The notes under the pieces are model-generated. The model was not told the DNA's origin. It saw only the letters and a list, made by a program, of their open reading frames with translations, and ran no database searches. Of a stretch of 64,000 nt of DNA, positions 11,640-25,302 are shown piece by piece. The DNA is from Haliotis rufescens (lineage: Eukaryota): contig NW_025964112.1 in assembly GCF_023055435.1 (NCBI RefSeq), positions 23,498,001 to 23,562,000 on the forward strand, given 5' to 3'. A program made the translations under genes and the position numbers. Each line of letters begins with the position of its first letter. Position 1 is the first letter of the stretch.

Positions 11640-11846
11640 CTGAGCTCTCCAGCAGCAGTAAACACTCAGTTGAGTGAAAGAACTGCGAGTGAATTGCTTC
11701 ATACAGGGCACTGTGACCTCCATTGTCCATGACGTTAACGTCACACTTGTTCTTCATCAGGTATATCGCCGTCTTCTCGCTGCCTTCGTCAAGGGCGTAG
11801 AACAGGGCTGTTTTCCCTCTTGCGTCTCTCGCATCGATGCTGGCGC
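11640..11846 (-). CDS. Ankyrin-repeat protein, coding exon 3
   Basis: GASIDARDARGKTALFYA..CDVNVMDNGGHSALYEA. Boundaries aacacag| and G|gtgagc, phase 1-1. Confidence 0.9.
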
Positions 11847-12177
11847 CTGTGTTAAGAGGACATGTTTGGAGGTTACAAACCGTGATTACCACACAAGCAA
11901 GATACATAACCAGCTCAGCTAAGACCTGCGTATACACCATGACCACGACATTGTTTTCAACGTGGATAAAAAGTAACTGAACAGAACTGTCTGTGACACA
12001 AAACGATACACTTGTAAGAATATACTACAGGGCAAAGGGGGGATAAACAACCATATTGGGTGGTGGCTAAACAAGAAATGGTTTTGGTCCTTAAGTTGAC
12101 TTAAGTTTACAGTGTTTTGCGTGTGCGCGCGCGTGAGTGTGCGTGTGTGTCTCTCTGTGTGTGTGTGTACCACTCAC

Positions 12178-12279
12178 CTTTGAGGTGAAGACATTTCATG
12201 ATGTCCAGGTAGTCAAAGAAGGCCGCTTTCATCAAAGGCGTCTGTCCATCCCGGTTCTCAGCATCCAGTTTACATTTAC
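12178..12279 (-). CDS. Ankyrin-repeat protein, coding exon 2
   Basis: 102 nt, one repeat (LDAENRDGQTPLMKAA). Boundaries ccacag| and G|gtgagt. Confidence 0.9.
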
Positions 12280-12662
12280 CTGTGGAAGGGTGGCATTTCT
12301 TAGAATTACAAAACAACTACAATTTCCTCACTAAAACAAGTCTAGTGCTGATGTGTGGAGGGAGTTTGTCCATACATATAGGGAGGGAGTGAGTGAGTGG
12401 GTTGGGAGTGTGTTAGCTCTCTGTTTGATGGTTATCACAGGTGGAAGACATTTACCACTTCGAGGAGATACACGATGATGTCACGTAAAAATCATGACTG
12501 TATCACATGCATGTACGTGACAAATAGTGTTACACTATCAGAATACATATTTAGACACACCGTTAGAAAGTGAGAAACAGATGAGTGAAAGTGGGGGAAT
12601 GATCGTTTAAAGAATAAAAAAACACAATTTCTGTTACAAATGTATATTGAAAGAACCCGCAC

Positions 12663-12975
12663 CTGATTTTAGCAGTAATTGAACCATGGGTAAACTCGAC
12701 TTCTCCGTTGCTTCATGTAAGGGTGTATCGCCATCATTGTTGGCAATATTTGGGTCACAGCCCAAGGCTAGCAACATCCGGGCTATCTCAACACGAGAGA
12801 AACATGTGGCGACAAATAAAGCCGTCCGGCCGCTCATGTCCTTTGCGCAGATGTCAGTGGAACTGTTGGCCAGTGCCTTCCTGATAGCCTCGATGTCGTT
12901 CTTGTAGGCATAATGGTGTAGTGGCAGCACTCTGGAGTTCTGTCTCGGGTTTGTTGATTTCTTTGTAGACGCCAT
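12663..12975 (-). CDS. Ankyrin-repeat protein, coding exon 1
   Basis: ATG at 12975 (MASTKK); PLHHYA, GRTALFVA, GDTPLHEA; donor G|gtgcgg. An acceptor at 12987 implies an upstream exon that was not located. Confidence 0.88.
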
Positions 12976-13249
12976 CACAGCACAAGCTGAATAAAACAAG
13001 AATGTACGTGCTTTGTGTCATGTTACGAGTACCGAGGAACATTTGAGGGACATATCTACAATTATTTGTATCTTTGGTATTTTCATTTACAACATTAACC
13101 TATTACACTGTACTTGCCGCCACGCCACGTCACGCCACGCCACGTCACTCAACGCATCTACTATCAAGCTGTATTCACACGTCAGGGGAGACATGTTACA
13201 AAATGACACAGACTACATCTAACTCCAGCCCAAAGTTCATTTTTCATCT

Positions 13250-13710
13250 TAGAGAGTTAACTGGCAATAAAAGTCCAGTTTCCACCCTTGCCGAACTAGG
13301 CTGGTATTATGGAGTTACATTTTGGCTGGACTAACGAGTCTATGCTTAGTCTAATCAAAATCGCGCAACGAATTCGAAATCCGGTTCGTGAACTGTCGTG
13401 CAGACTGTATTTTCATGTTTTAATCAAGGTGTTCACGTGATTTGATGCATTTCGCGATGTAAGACCCGTTTTCTTACAATATATATCTTATCATTATCGA
13501 TCAGATCTGACTGGGCGCCGCCATTTTGTTTTAAGCAAATGCGAGTGATACGAGAGGTGGAATCTGATTGGCCCATAGGAGAGGCATAGAAGGGACATAA
13601 CTGGTGAAAGCCTCTGGTGGCGCTATGATCGAGCCCAGTGATTCCAGCCCAGTTCGGCAAGGGTCGAAACTGGACTTTTAAAGTCAGTCATCTCCCTTGC
13701 CTCGGGAAGG
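13250..13710. mobile_element. MITE-like non-autonomous element
   Basis: About 36-bp inverted repeats at 13269-13304 and 13644-13679. A second copy lies at 8195-8705. Confidence 0.75.
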
Positions 13711-15735
13711 TGTCCACGGCGAGCCCGCCTCGTAACTACTTTATCTTAAACTACCTTGCTGAATTTGAAACCGTCCTACCATAACTATCTTATATCTTGT
13801 GACTGTGACAAAGGCAGTGTAGATGGTCGTGCTTCTTTAATTTGTTGGTGAAAGCCGAAATCTAAACGTCTTTAATACCCGCATCACTTCGGGCATCCTC
13901 TCAGATCAAGATGACACGCCCTGATATGAGTGGAAAACTTTAACCACTCTAACGCTTTAACCACTAGGCTACCCGACCGCCCGGGAGGTAAACTAATTAT
14001 CGACTGTATACGGAATATTGAAATAACAATAAAACAAATCAGAGTGAAGGTACATTTACACTGTGTGCTTCAATTCGCATCGTGTCCCTTTTTTGTCAGT
14101 TTATGATAGAATTTGGAGGTCTGAATTTGCAAGGTACATTTGCTTTTTCACAATAATAGCGTGGTGTCGCGTTACAAGGAACACGCTGACTTGAATGACA
14201 TATGGCGTTGCGCGTGGGTGTATTCATTTCTCACCAACTACGTGACAGCGCAAATATCCGAAGATATTGTATTACGAATACAAAATAATGTATATATTCT
14301 GATTCACTATCTTGTCCACATGCTAATTTATCTAAAATTTCCACATTCAATGACATCCACGTACGAATACGTATGTTGTCACGGTTCTGAAAGAAGGCAC
14401 ATTGCAAGAATCAATCCACAACGATATCACGTTGCCAAGCTACAGCATCAGTAATTAATTTACAACTCGGTGCAGTGCGGCTCCGCCCGGCTGGTGTCAC
14501 CTTGATGACGTGTAAGAGACGGCTTTTTGCAATAGATCTGATTCATCTGCATCTAACACAACATTATGTCGGCACTTTTATATCTTGATAAGCAACAGTT
14601 TGTGAACCACAGTAGTGACTGCATGTGCCACAGTCAGGAAAGTATTCGAACCTAACCAAGTCGGTAGCGGAGATGGGTTGATATTCCACAATGAAGGTCA
14701 GCAATATGCTGGGGCAATGATACTGCCACGAAGTTCAAATTCAGGAATTCATGAAATTCATGAAAATTCAAATTACTAAAATGCAACATTTATTTAACCT
14801 AGCATCAAATAATCATGGTAAAGTATATTTGTAATACACCTTCAAAGCATTCTCTTTCGGTCAGGACTACTTTTGATTTTAGAATCTCATAAATTATTAT
14901 CAAAGTATACGCAAGCTAAGAAGTGTCTGCCTGTGTGAGAAGCTTTCATAATCATACTTTAATTGGCCTTATTATATAAACATCCCACAATGACAGTCAC
15001 AGTAGCAGGGCTGACCACCTCGGATGCACCCTTGATGTGATATCTCCTGCGTTACTCGGGGGTGTCGTGACAATGTCCCAGTGAATCGCAAGCCCTCCTC
15101 TGGGAACAATTGTCGAGATATATGATAGACGCTTCTAGCGGGATCGTGAGTAATAGTGGACCAGATAGTCGTCCTCCTTCTATACGATGTCTAGAAGTTT
15201 ACACGGTAAGGCCGGTGAGTTATTTCGTTCAAAAGCAATTAATGACCATTATCAGGCAGAATCTTGGATTCGAACACGTGATCATCGGATCCTGGCATGA
15301 CTAAGAGACACAACTCTGCACTGCGATATGACACCTAGCTTAGACGAGCCGGTCGTGGTCCTAAGATGAATGGTGAGGAACGGTAGATGACAGTCAGTCA
15401 TTTTGAGATTTATGAAATATTTTGTCATATACTAGCAAGTTATGTGTTGGGTGATTGATGATGCTGACTGAGAAATGACAATATATTCAAATCGCCAAGG
15501 CCTTAGGAGTATTCCTATTTGTATCTATGTCACAATAAAAACATGATGAAAGTTTCACATTTATGAACCTACTCCCACAATCGTTGTAAAACTTATAGTG
15601 ATGACAAAAGGTGTTCACGACTATTTGATACAGTCATCCATCAATTGCCGGGCTTGCCCGAGGGTCAGACAGATGTTGTGACACATTATTAGGTTACGAA
15701 AAATAACATGATCCCAGGAAATGCTTGTCAAAATA

Positions 15736-17252
15736 TACTGGGCGGCAAAAGAAAGTATAGGTCGAGTTCCATGATCGATAAAAAAATAACAAGAAGAGGT
15801 TTTGTTGTGAATTAAAATATAATTTAGGGAGGGGTAACAAATGATTGATCAACCACAGTTTGAATGAAATTGTGCAATCACAGGTAATGTAAGCTCAAGG
15901 TAAACAATGGTGGGGTAAGAAATTCTATTTTCAAAGGTTGTCTGAAATGTCACCAAAAAATTGTCAGACACAGTTGCCTTCAATAGCGTGTATGACCTCC
16001 AGCTGCTTAAATGCATGCTGTGATATGCCGCCTCATCGATGACGTCAATCTTCTGATGTCGTGGACTGGAATCCGTTGCCACTGCTGCAATTCTTGTCTG
16101 TTGACGGGAGGCTGATGGCGTGTTCTAATCTGTCTGTCAAGATGGTCCCACAGATGTTCAATAGGATTCATATCGGGTGAGTGGGCAGGCCAGGGCAAAA
16201 CGTCAACATTCTGCTGGTTTAAAAAGTTCCGAGTCAGTCTTGCAGTATGGGGCCTGGCATTGTCGTGTTGAAACAATGTCCCCTGCTGTTAGTTTTGTAA
16301 GAACGGAAGCACAACTGGCTGCAACATTTGGTCTCTATACTGCACTGCGTTCTGGTTTCCCTGTATAATCAACAAATCAGTCTTCTGATCTCCACAAATA
16401 CCGCCCCACACCATTACACCTCCCCCGCCGAATGAATGGACCTCTCGAATACACGCCGGAGCCAAACGTTCCCCTCTGCGTCGATAAAACTCGTTCTCTG
16501 CCGTCATTTCGAAACAAGTTAAACCGACTTTCATCAGTAAACAGCACTCGACGCCAATTTCTCACTTACCAGCGTCGAACCTGCCTCGCCCATCGCAGTC
16601 TCAGGCGTCGATGTTGAACAGTTAGTACCATTCCTCGGAAAGGACGATACGCTCGGATTCCAGCAGCACGAAGTCACCGTAGTACTGTTCGTTGGCTAAT
16701 GGGATGTCCCAACGCTGTTGCTGCCGTCGCCGTCGCCGTTACGAATCTGTTTCGCAGGTGAATGAGCCGTTTCTGACCGTCTTCCAGTGGTGTTGTCACT
16801 CGGGGTCGTCCGGTTCTAGGCCTGTCCTGTGTCCTCCCTGTCTGCCTGTACCGTTGAATCAGCCTGGCTTCTGTCAATGGTGTGCAACCAAACCTTCTGG
16901 CACTTTGGACCTGTGTTGCCCCCATTTCGGCCATACCGATGGCTCTCTCTCTCTGCTCCTGTGAAAGTAGTGGCATTTCTTTTGTGTTCTTTCATCACGT
17001 GTGGTTATACCCTGCAGACGAACGCATTTATACAGCTAACATGCACGTGCAGTTTATGCCATAGGCTGGAAACCTGTTTCACAGTTTTTTTGTCATCGAA
17101 CGAGCGCCGTCAAAGGTGGCGCGTTCGGGTGAGGTGTTGTTTGGTACCTATTCCTTGGCAGTCATATTCCCAATACACACTTTCCACTAGTTATTGCTGT
17201 TTTTAGGAAAATTATAAAATTGCCAACCTATACTTTCTTTTGCCGCTTAGTA
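15736..17252 (-). mobile_element. Tc1/mariner (DD34E) DNA transposon, decayed
   Basis: About 27-bp TIRs (tactgggcggcaaaagaaagtataggt / acctatactttcttttgccgcttagta) flanked by TA; transposase inside. Confidence 0.95.
15985..16976 (-). pseudogene. Tc1 transposase pseudogene
   Basis: HTH and GRPR at the N-terminus, then FTDESRF, VMVWGGI, FQHDNARPH, SPDMNPIEHLW (34 aa between D and E). Several stops and frameshifts. Confidence 0.93.
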
Positions 17253-17288
17253 TATAACTGTCAGCCTCCAAAATACATTATTGCATGA

Positions 17289-17551
17289 GGGGGCACGGGT
17301 GGCCCAGTCGTCTAAGGCGCCGCGATTCGCTGTGCAGAGAAACCTATGATTATGGGTTCGAATCCCGGTTCGCCCCGATTATGTTTCTAGGTTTGTCAGC
17401 ACCATACCCGTGCTCGTGGGTTTCACCGAAGTGGTAAACGTCTGAGACCTGCATCACTTCGGGCTTTCCTCCCACATTAAGCTGACACGCCGTGATATAA
17501 CTGGAATACTGTTAAAAGCGGCGTTAAACCCAACTCACTCACTCACTCACT
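17289..17551 (+). mobile_element. tRNA-derived SINE family B, (ACTC)n tail
   Basis: A/B-box-like head (tggcccagtcg, ggttcgaatccc); 13-bp TSD cattattgcatga. Copies at 40916 and 61184. Confidence 0.9.
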
Positions 17552-18104
17552 CATTATTGCATGATGGTGCTTTTAAAGTCTTTTTAGGCTTATAGTTTGT
17601 AGATGTAGCTGAACATATAGCTGGTCTTGATACAAAATCCCAGCCGCCCCAGTCTCAACGGTGTAACAGAAATATGATCATCTTTAGAAACTCACTTCTT
17701 AAAAGTACCTTGCCAGAATATAGGACATGGCGACGCTCAATTGGGCTTTAATGTGAACACGTGAATCATGTAGAGGACATATTTGCCAGTAACCATAGAA
17801 ACAACAGCCAAACTGCGTTCAATAACCCGGGAGGAAGATGTGTATCTCCAAGCACAGACTTTACGACTTGACAGATGCTTTAAGGTCTGCTTTTAAAATG
17901 TAGCCACGTGTATGTACCCCCACTGCATCCACTCAGCCTCGAGGCGAGATTAACCTTCCGGTCGCCTCGTGTGAGACTATGACACTAAGAATTGTCTTAA
18001 ACCCAACTTGTCATGCACTGATAATATTCACAAAGGTAGTAGGACTCTCGCCTCAAGACACAAAGGTATGCTGAACATACTGAGACCATATACTGATATG
18101 TTAT

Positions 18105-21100
18105 ACCGGCGAGTATATGGTCTCTGTGAAGAGTCGCCATGTATGTGACTGATATGTATACACCGGTCAGTATATGGTCTCTGTGAAGAGTTGCCATGTA
18201 TGTGACTGATATGTATACACCGGCGGGTATATGGTCTCTGTGAAGAGTCGCCATGTATGTGACTGATATGTACACACCGGTCGGTATATGGTCTCTGTGA
18301 AGAGTCGCCATGTATGTGACTGATATGTATACACCGGTCGGTATATGGTCTCTGTGAAGAGTCGCCATATATGTGACTGATATGTATACACCGGTCAGTA
18401 TATGGTCTCTGTGAAGAGTCGCCATATATGTGACTGATATGTATACACCGGTCGGTATATGGTCTCTGTGAAGAGTCGCCATATATGTGACTGATATGTA
18501 TACACCGGTCAGTATATGGTCTCTGTGAAGAGTCGCCATATATGTGACTGATATGTTTACACCGGTCGGTATATGGTCTCTGTGAAGAGTCGCCATGTAT
18601 GTGACTGATATGTATACACCGGTCGGTATATGGTCTCTGTGAAGAGTCGCCATGTATGTGACTGATATGTATACACCGGTCGGTATATGGTCCCTGTGAA
18701 GAGTCGCCATATATGTGACTGATATGTATACACCGGCGGGTATATGGTCTCTGTGAAGAGTCGCCATGTATGTGACTGATATGTATACACCGGTCGGTAT
18801 ATGGTCTCTGTGAAGAGTCGCCATGTATGTGACTGTTATGTATACACCGGCGGGTATATGGTCTCTGTGAAGAGTCGCCATATATGTGACTGATATGTAT
18901 ACACCGGTCGGTATATGGTCTCTGTGAAGAGTCGCCATGTATGTGACTGATATGTATACACCGGTCGGTATATGGTCTCTGTGAAGAGTCGCCATGTATG
19001 TGACTGATATGTATACACCGGTCGGTATATGGTCTCTGTGAAGAGTCGCCATGTATGTGACTGATATGTATACACCGGCGGGTATATGGTCTCTGTGAAG
19101 AGTCGCCATGTTTGTGACTGATATGTATACACCGGTCGGTATATGGTCTCTGTGAAGAGTCGCCATGTATGTGACTGATATGTATACACCGGCGGGTATA
19201 TGGTCTCCGTGAAGAGTCGCCATGTATGTGACTGATATGTATACACCGGTCGGTATATGGTCCCTGTGAAGAGTCGCCATGTTTGTGACTGATATGTATA
19301 CACCGGCGGGTATATGGTCTCTGTGAAGAGTCGCCATGTATGTGATTGATATGTATACACCGGTCGGTATATGGTCTCTGTGAAGAGTCGCCATGTTTGT
19401 GACTGATATGTATACACCGGCGGGTATATGGTCTCTGTGAAGAGTCGCCATATATGTGACTGATATGTATACACCGGTCGGTATATGGTCCCTGTGAAGA
19501 GTCGCCATGTTTGTGACTGATATGTAAACACCGGTCGGTATATGGTCTCTGTGAAGAGTCGCCATATATGTGACTGATATGTAAACACCGGTCGGTATAT
19601 GGTCTCTGTGAAGAGTCGCCATGTATGTGACTGATATGTATACACCGGTCGGTATATGGTCTCTGTGAAGAGTCGCCATGTATGTGACTGATATGTATAC
19701 ACCGGTTGGTATATGGTCTCTGTGAAGAGTCGCCATATATGTGACTGATATGTATACACCGGCGGGTATATGGTCTCTGTGAAGAGTCGCCATGTATGTG
19801 ACTGATATGTATACACCGGTCGGTATATGGTCTCTGTGAAGAGTCGCCATGTATGTGACTGATATGTATACACCGGCGGGTATATGGTCTCTGTGAAGAG
19901 TCGCCATATATGTGACTGATATGTATACACCGGTCGGTATATGGTCTCTGTGAAGAGTCGCCATGTATGTGACTGATATGTATACACCGGCGGGTATATG
20001 GTCTCTGTGAAGAGTCGCCATGTATGTGACTGATATGTATACACCGGTCGGTATATGGTCTCTGTGAAGAGTCGCCATGTATGTGACTGATATGTATACA
20101 CCGGCGGGTATATGGTCTCTGTGAAGAGTCGCCATGTTTGTGACTGATATGTATACACCGGTCGGTATATGGTCTCTGTGAAGAGTCGCCATGTATGTGA
20201 CTGATATGTATACACCGGCGGGTATATGGTCTCCGTGAAGAGTCGCCATGTATCTGACTGATATGTATACACCGGTCGGTATATGGTCCCTGTGAAGAGT
20301 CGCCATGTTTGTGACTGATATGTATACACCGGTCGGTATATGGTCTCTGTGAAGACTAGCCATGTATGTGATTGATATGTATACACCGGTCGGTATATGG
20401 TCTCTGTGAAGAGTTGCCATGTTTGTGACTGATATGTATGCACCGGCGGGTATATGGTCTCTGTGAAGAGTCGCCATATATGTGACTGATATGTATACAC
20501 AGGTCGGTATATGGTCCCTGTGAAGAGTCGCCATATTTGTGACTGATATGTAAACACCGGTCGGTATATGGTCTCTGTGAAGAGTCGCCATGTATGTGAC
20601 TGATATGTATACACCGGCGGGTATATGGTCTCCGTGAAGAGTCGCCATGTATGTGACTGATATGTATACACCGGTCAGTATATGGTCTCTGTGAAGAGTC
20701 GCCATGTATGTGACTGATATGTATACACCGGTCGGTATATGGTCGCCATGTATGTGACTGATATGTATACACCGGTCGGTATATGGTCTCTGTGAAGAGT
20801 CGCCATGTATGTGACTGATATGTATACACCGGTCGGTATATGGTCTCTGTGAAGAGTCGCCATGTATGTGACTGATATGTAAACACCGGTCGGTATATGG
20901 TCTCTGTGAAGAGTCGCCATGTTTGTGACTGATATGTATACACCGGTCGGTATATGGTCTCTGTGAAGAGTCGCCATGTTTGTGACTGATATGTAAACAC
21001 CGGTCGGTATATGGTCTCTGTGAAGAGTCGCCATGTATGTGACTGATATGTATACACCGGCGGGTATATGGTCTCCGTGAAGAGTCGCCATGTATGTGAC

Positions 21101-22924
21101 TGATATGTATACACCGGTCAGTATATGGTCTCTGTGAAGAGTCGCCATGTATGTGACTGATATGTATACACCGGTCAGTATATGGTCTCTGTGAAGAGTC
21201 GCCATGTATGTAACTGATATGTATACACCGGTCGGTATATGGTCTCTGTGAAAAGTCCCCATGTTTGTGACTGATATGTATACACCGGTCGGTATATGGT
21301 CTCTGTGAAGAGTCGCCATATATGTGACTGATATGTATACACCGGTCGGTATATGGTCTCTGTGAAGAGTCGCCATATATGTGACTGATATGTATACACC
21401 GGTCGGTATATGGTCTCTGTGAAGAGTCGCCATGTTTGTGACTGATATGTATACACCGGTCAGTATATGGTCTCTGTGAAGAGTCGCCATGTTTGTGACT
21501 GATATGTATACACCGGTCAGTATATGGTCTCTGTGAAGAGTCGCCATGTATGTGACTGATATGTTTACACCGGTCGGTATATGGTCTCCGTGAAGAGTCG
21601 CCATGTATGTGACTGATATGTTTACACCGGTCGGTATATGGTCTCTGTGAAGAGTCGCCATGTTTGTGACTGATATGTATACACCGGTCGGTATATGGTC
21701 TCTGTGAAGAGTCGCCATATATGTGACTGATATGTATACACCGGTCGGTATATGGTCTCCGTGAAGAGTCGCCATGTATGTGACTGATATGTATACACCG
21801 GTCGGTATATGGTCTCTGTGAAGAGTCACAATGTATGTGACTGATTTGTATACACCGGTCGGTATATGGTCTCTGTGAAGAGTCGCCATATATGTGACTG
21901 ATATGTATACACCGGTCGGTATATGGTCTCTGTGAAGAGTCGCCATGTATGTGACTGATATGTTTACACCGGTCGGTATATGGTCTCTGTGAAGAGTCGC
22001 CATGTATGTGACTGATATGTTTACACCGGTCGGTATATGGTCTCTGTGAAGAGTCGCCATGTTTGTGACTGATATGTATACACCGGTCGGTATATGGTCT
22101 CTGTGAAGAGTCGCCATATATGTGACTGATATGTATACACCGGTCGGTATATGGTCTCTGTGAAGAGTCGCCATGTATGTGATTGATATGTTTACACCGG
22201 TCGGTATATGGTCTCTGTGAAGAGTCGCCATGTTTGTGACTGATATGTATACACCGGTCGGTATATGGTCTCTGTGAAGAGTCGCCATATATGTGACTGA
22301 TATGTATACACCGGTCGCTATATGGTCTCCGTGAAGAGTCGCCATGTTTGTGACTGATATGTTTACACCGGTCGGTATATGGTCTCTGTGAAGAGTCGCC
22401 ATGTATGTGACTGATATGTTTACACCGGTCGGTATGTGGTCTCTGTGAAGAGTCGCCATGTTTGTGACTGATATGTATACACCGGTCGGTATATGGTCTC
22501 TGTGAAGAGTCGCCATGTTTGTGACTGATATGTATACACCGGTCAGTATATGGTCTCTGTGAAGAGTCGCCATATATGTGACTGATATGTATACACCGGT
22601 CGGTATATGGTCTCTGTGAAGAGTCGCCATGTATGTGACTGATTTGTATACACCGGTCGGTATATGGTCTCTGTGAAGAGTCGCCATGTATGTGACTGAT
22701 ATGTATACACCGGTCGGTATATGGTCTCTGTGAAGAGTCGCCATATATGTGACTGATATGTATACACCGGTCGGTATATGGTCTCTGTGAAGAGTCGCCA
22801 TGTTTGTGACTGATATGTATACACCGGTCAGTATATGGTCTCTGTGAAGAGTCGCAATGTATGTGACTGATATGTATACACCGGTCGGTATATGGTCTCT
22901 GTGAAGAGTCGCCATGTTTGTGAC
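18105..22924. repeat. 57-bp minisatellite, about 85 copies
   Basis: Unit gtatatggtctctgtgaagagtcgccatgtatgtgactgatatgtatacaccggtcg. One unit near 20741 carries a 14-bp deletion. Confidence 0.98.
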
Positions 22925-24705
22925 GGAGGGAAGATGTAAACAACCATTTCTCTTGTTAACTTGAAACGGTCGTACACCTCATGCGTAATTCATGTGGAGG
23001 TTGTTAAACTATGCGGTGATGAGGGCAGATGAAATGTATGACCATTCCTGCCACTTACAACATTATGTAATTGTTCATTTATGTATTGTCGAACTAACTT
23101 ATCTTATTAATTTTCGTCGTTTTCCTCTTTGACATATACATGTGCACATGCACAAGATCTTCCACATTAAACCTCGATGTTCAATTGGGCATACAACGTC
23201 TTTACATATTCTCAATCAGAGAAAACGAAATATTTAGAATAATGTTGATATGTTTACAGTGCGGAATACATGATCACATCTCAACTTACTCTGTCAGTTT
23301 CATCAGCTTACCAGGCGTCATTAAAGTGAATTGAAATCTTATGTACAATTACTTACATGAATTCAGTTTTCTTTTTAAATATTTTATGATCTACCGCTAC
23401 CTTTCCAGACTTAAACATGACTTGATAGGGTACTCAGGAGTTAATGAGATTTCAGTGGCATATGACTATTGTTATGTCTTTCACACGCATATATGAAATA
23501 ATAAACACCCATGGATGTCGATATCTTTATCTTTGCATTTGAAGATTTTCAAATGGAAGCCGCCCGGTCAGATCGGTCGCTGACTCGTCCAAGCAATAAT
23601 TAAACGTGCAACAAATATACAGGCACTAAGACGTTCAAGTACGTCTGTTCGACTGAAATCTATTACGCGCCATGATTTAAAAAAATGAATATGTCTTTTT
23701 CATGGGATCACCAAGACATCTGCACAGTTACAATGCTGACCAATCGGTGAAATTGAGGACAACAAAATTATGTTATATAATAAAATAATGAGATAATATA
23801 CACGTACAGAGTGAGAAAGATGTGCAGAATGTTTAGGAGAATCATGGCAAGCAGATACATAATTAAACACAGTGCACACACTGTTCCCACAGTGTACCTC
23901 CATAGCATGGACATACATACAGCGAACATTGCCTAAACCGACATGTCAGTTGTGTTAAATACTGCACAAACGGACAAGTGGATGAGAAACAAATGCATAT
24001 ATTCACTTAGATATAGCCATGTTGTAAAGTGGTAAACCGCTAAGTCATGTATAATATAAATATTTATTTATGGATTGCCAACATTTGCTATTGTTATATT
24101 CACCATGATGATATCCCATAGTGCATGTACTATTACTTGTGTTAACATATCTGTATCAATAGATATAGCACGAGACTTAAATTTAGTCATAATTTGACAT
24201 ATAACTTGGCATGTATTGATGACATATTTGTTAACTCTGTGAAATGCTCTCTTCCCTGCATGGCCGAAACAATGTAAATGCAACGTTACGTTTAACTCAC
24301 CCACTGACCTTGGATGAGCAGTCAGCGACTAACGTAACAACGCGTGAACGGTAAATGTGCTGATTTCAAATGCAATACTTGTGTTCGTATTTACTACTCG
24401 TGCAAAAATGTTTATTCAAATATCATAATGAGCTTCAGGGAGACATGATAAAGTTAACTATGAACATATGTTACCTAACATAACGTTGTAAATGTGACGC
24501 TGAATGTTTATATAGAATGGTATCATTACGTTTTTAAATATTATATTATATAGATTTAATATAAATAAAACTACTTAATTACTGTTTACATACCCATATA
24601 CCTCATGTTGAATTAATTTTCCCTCATAATCCGTTATTTAACATACTACATGCGTTTATGTTTGTAAGTGTTACTGTAGCATGTGTAACAACAAGTACTC
24701 GTAAG

Positions 24706-24986
24706 GACCCGAGAAAACCCAGGGTAGAATAGGTCTTCAGCAACCCATAATTGCCGTAAAAGGCGACTTTGCTTGTCGTAAGGGGCGACTAACGGGATCG
24801 GGTGGTCAGGCTTGCTGACTTGGTTTAATGCATATCATCGATCCCAATTGCCTGGATTGATGCTCATGATATCAATTACTGGATTTTCTGGTCCAGGCTC
24901 GATTAATTTGCAGACCGCCGTCATATAGCTGGAATATTGCTGAGTGCGGCGGTAAACAACAAACAAACAAACAAACAAACAAACAA
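24706..24986 (+). mobile_element. SINE-like family C copy
   Basis: Homology to 8889-9140; (AAAC)n tail; near-TSD aagta(c/g)tcgtaag. Confidence 0.85.
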
Positions 24987-25302
24987 AGTAGTCGTAAGAG
25001 AAGAGAATTGTAACATGTCTTGCTTACCTGGTCGTGTGATCAGTTTCTCTGCGCCCACAACACGAAGAGTGGCCTCGCTTGTCCTCTGTTTGACTCACAA
25101 TGATTGACTGCGGGTAAGACAGCCCGCGGCTTTGAAACGACATGGTCATACATGACTGATCAGAGAGCATTCGTGAGAATTCACACGTACCCCCATGGCT
25201 GGGAACAGCCACACTATGGGAGTGACACTGTTTGCGGCGTGTTTCATTTTAAGACAAATACATCAATGGAATCAGTATTACAATGAACTGTTAGAGATGG
25301 AA

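Noticed and set aside
18105-22924. CRISPR-like array
   Set aside because: Units are contiguous near-identical repeats with no unique spacers, there are no cas genes, and the context is eukaryotic. The same applies to the other arrays.
17997-22943. 1648-aa ORF and overlapping 611/746-aa ORFs
   Set aside because: Translation of a 57-bp (19-codon) tandem repeat. It is open in several frames, changes frame mid-array and has no unique domain or splice support.
25028-25212. Possible upstream exon of the ankyrin gene (minus-strand AG|gtaagc donor)
   Set aside because: Donor-like motif only; cannot be linked to the gene without transcripts.
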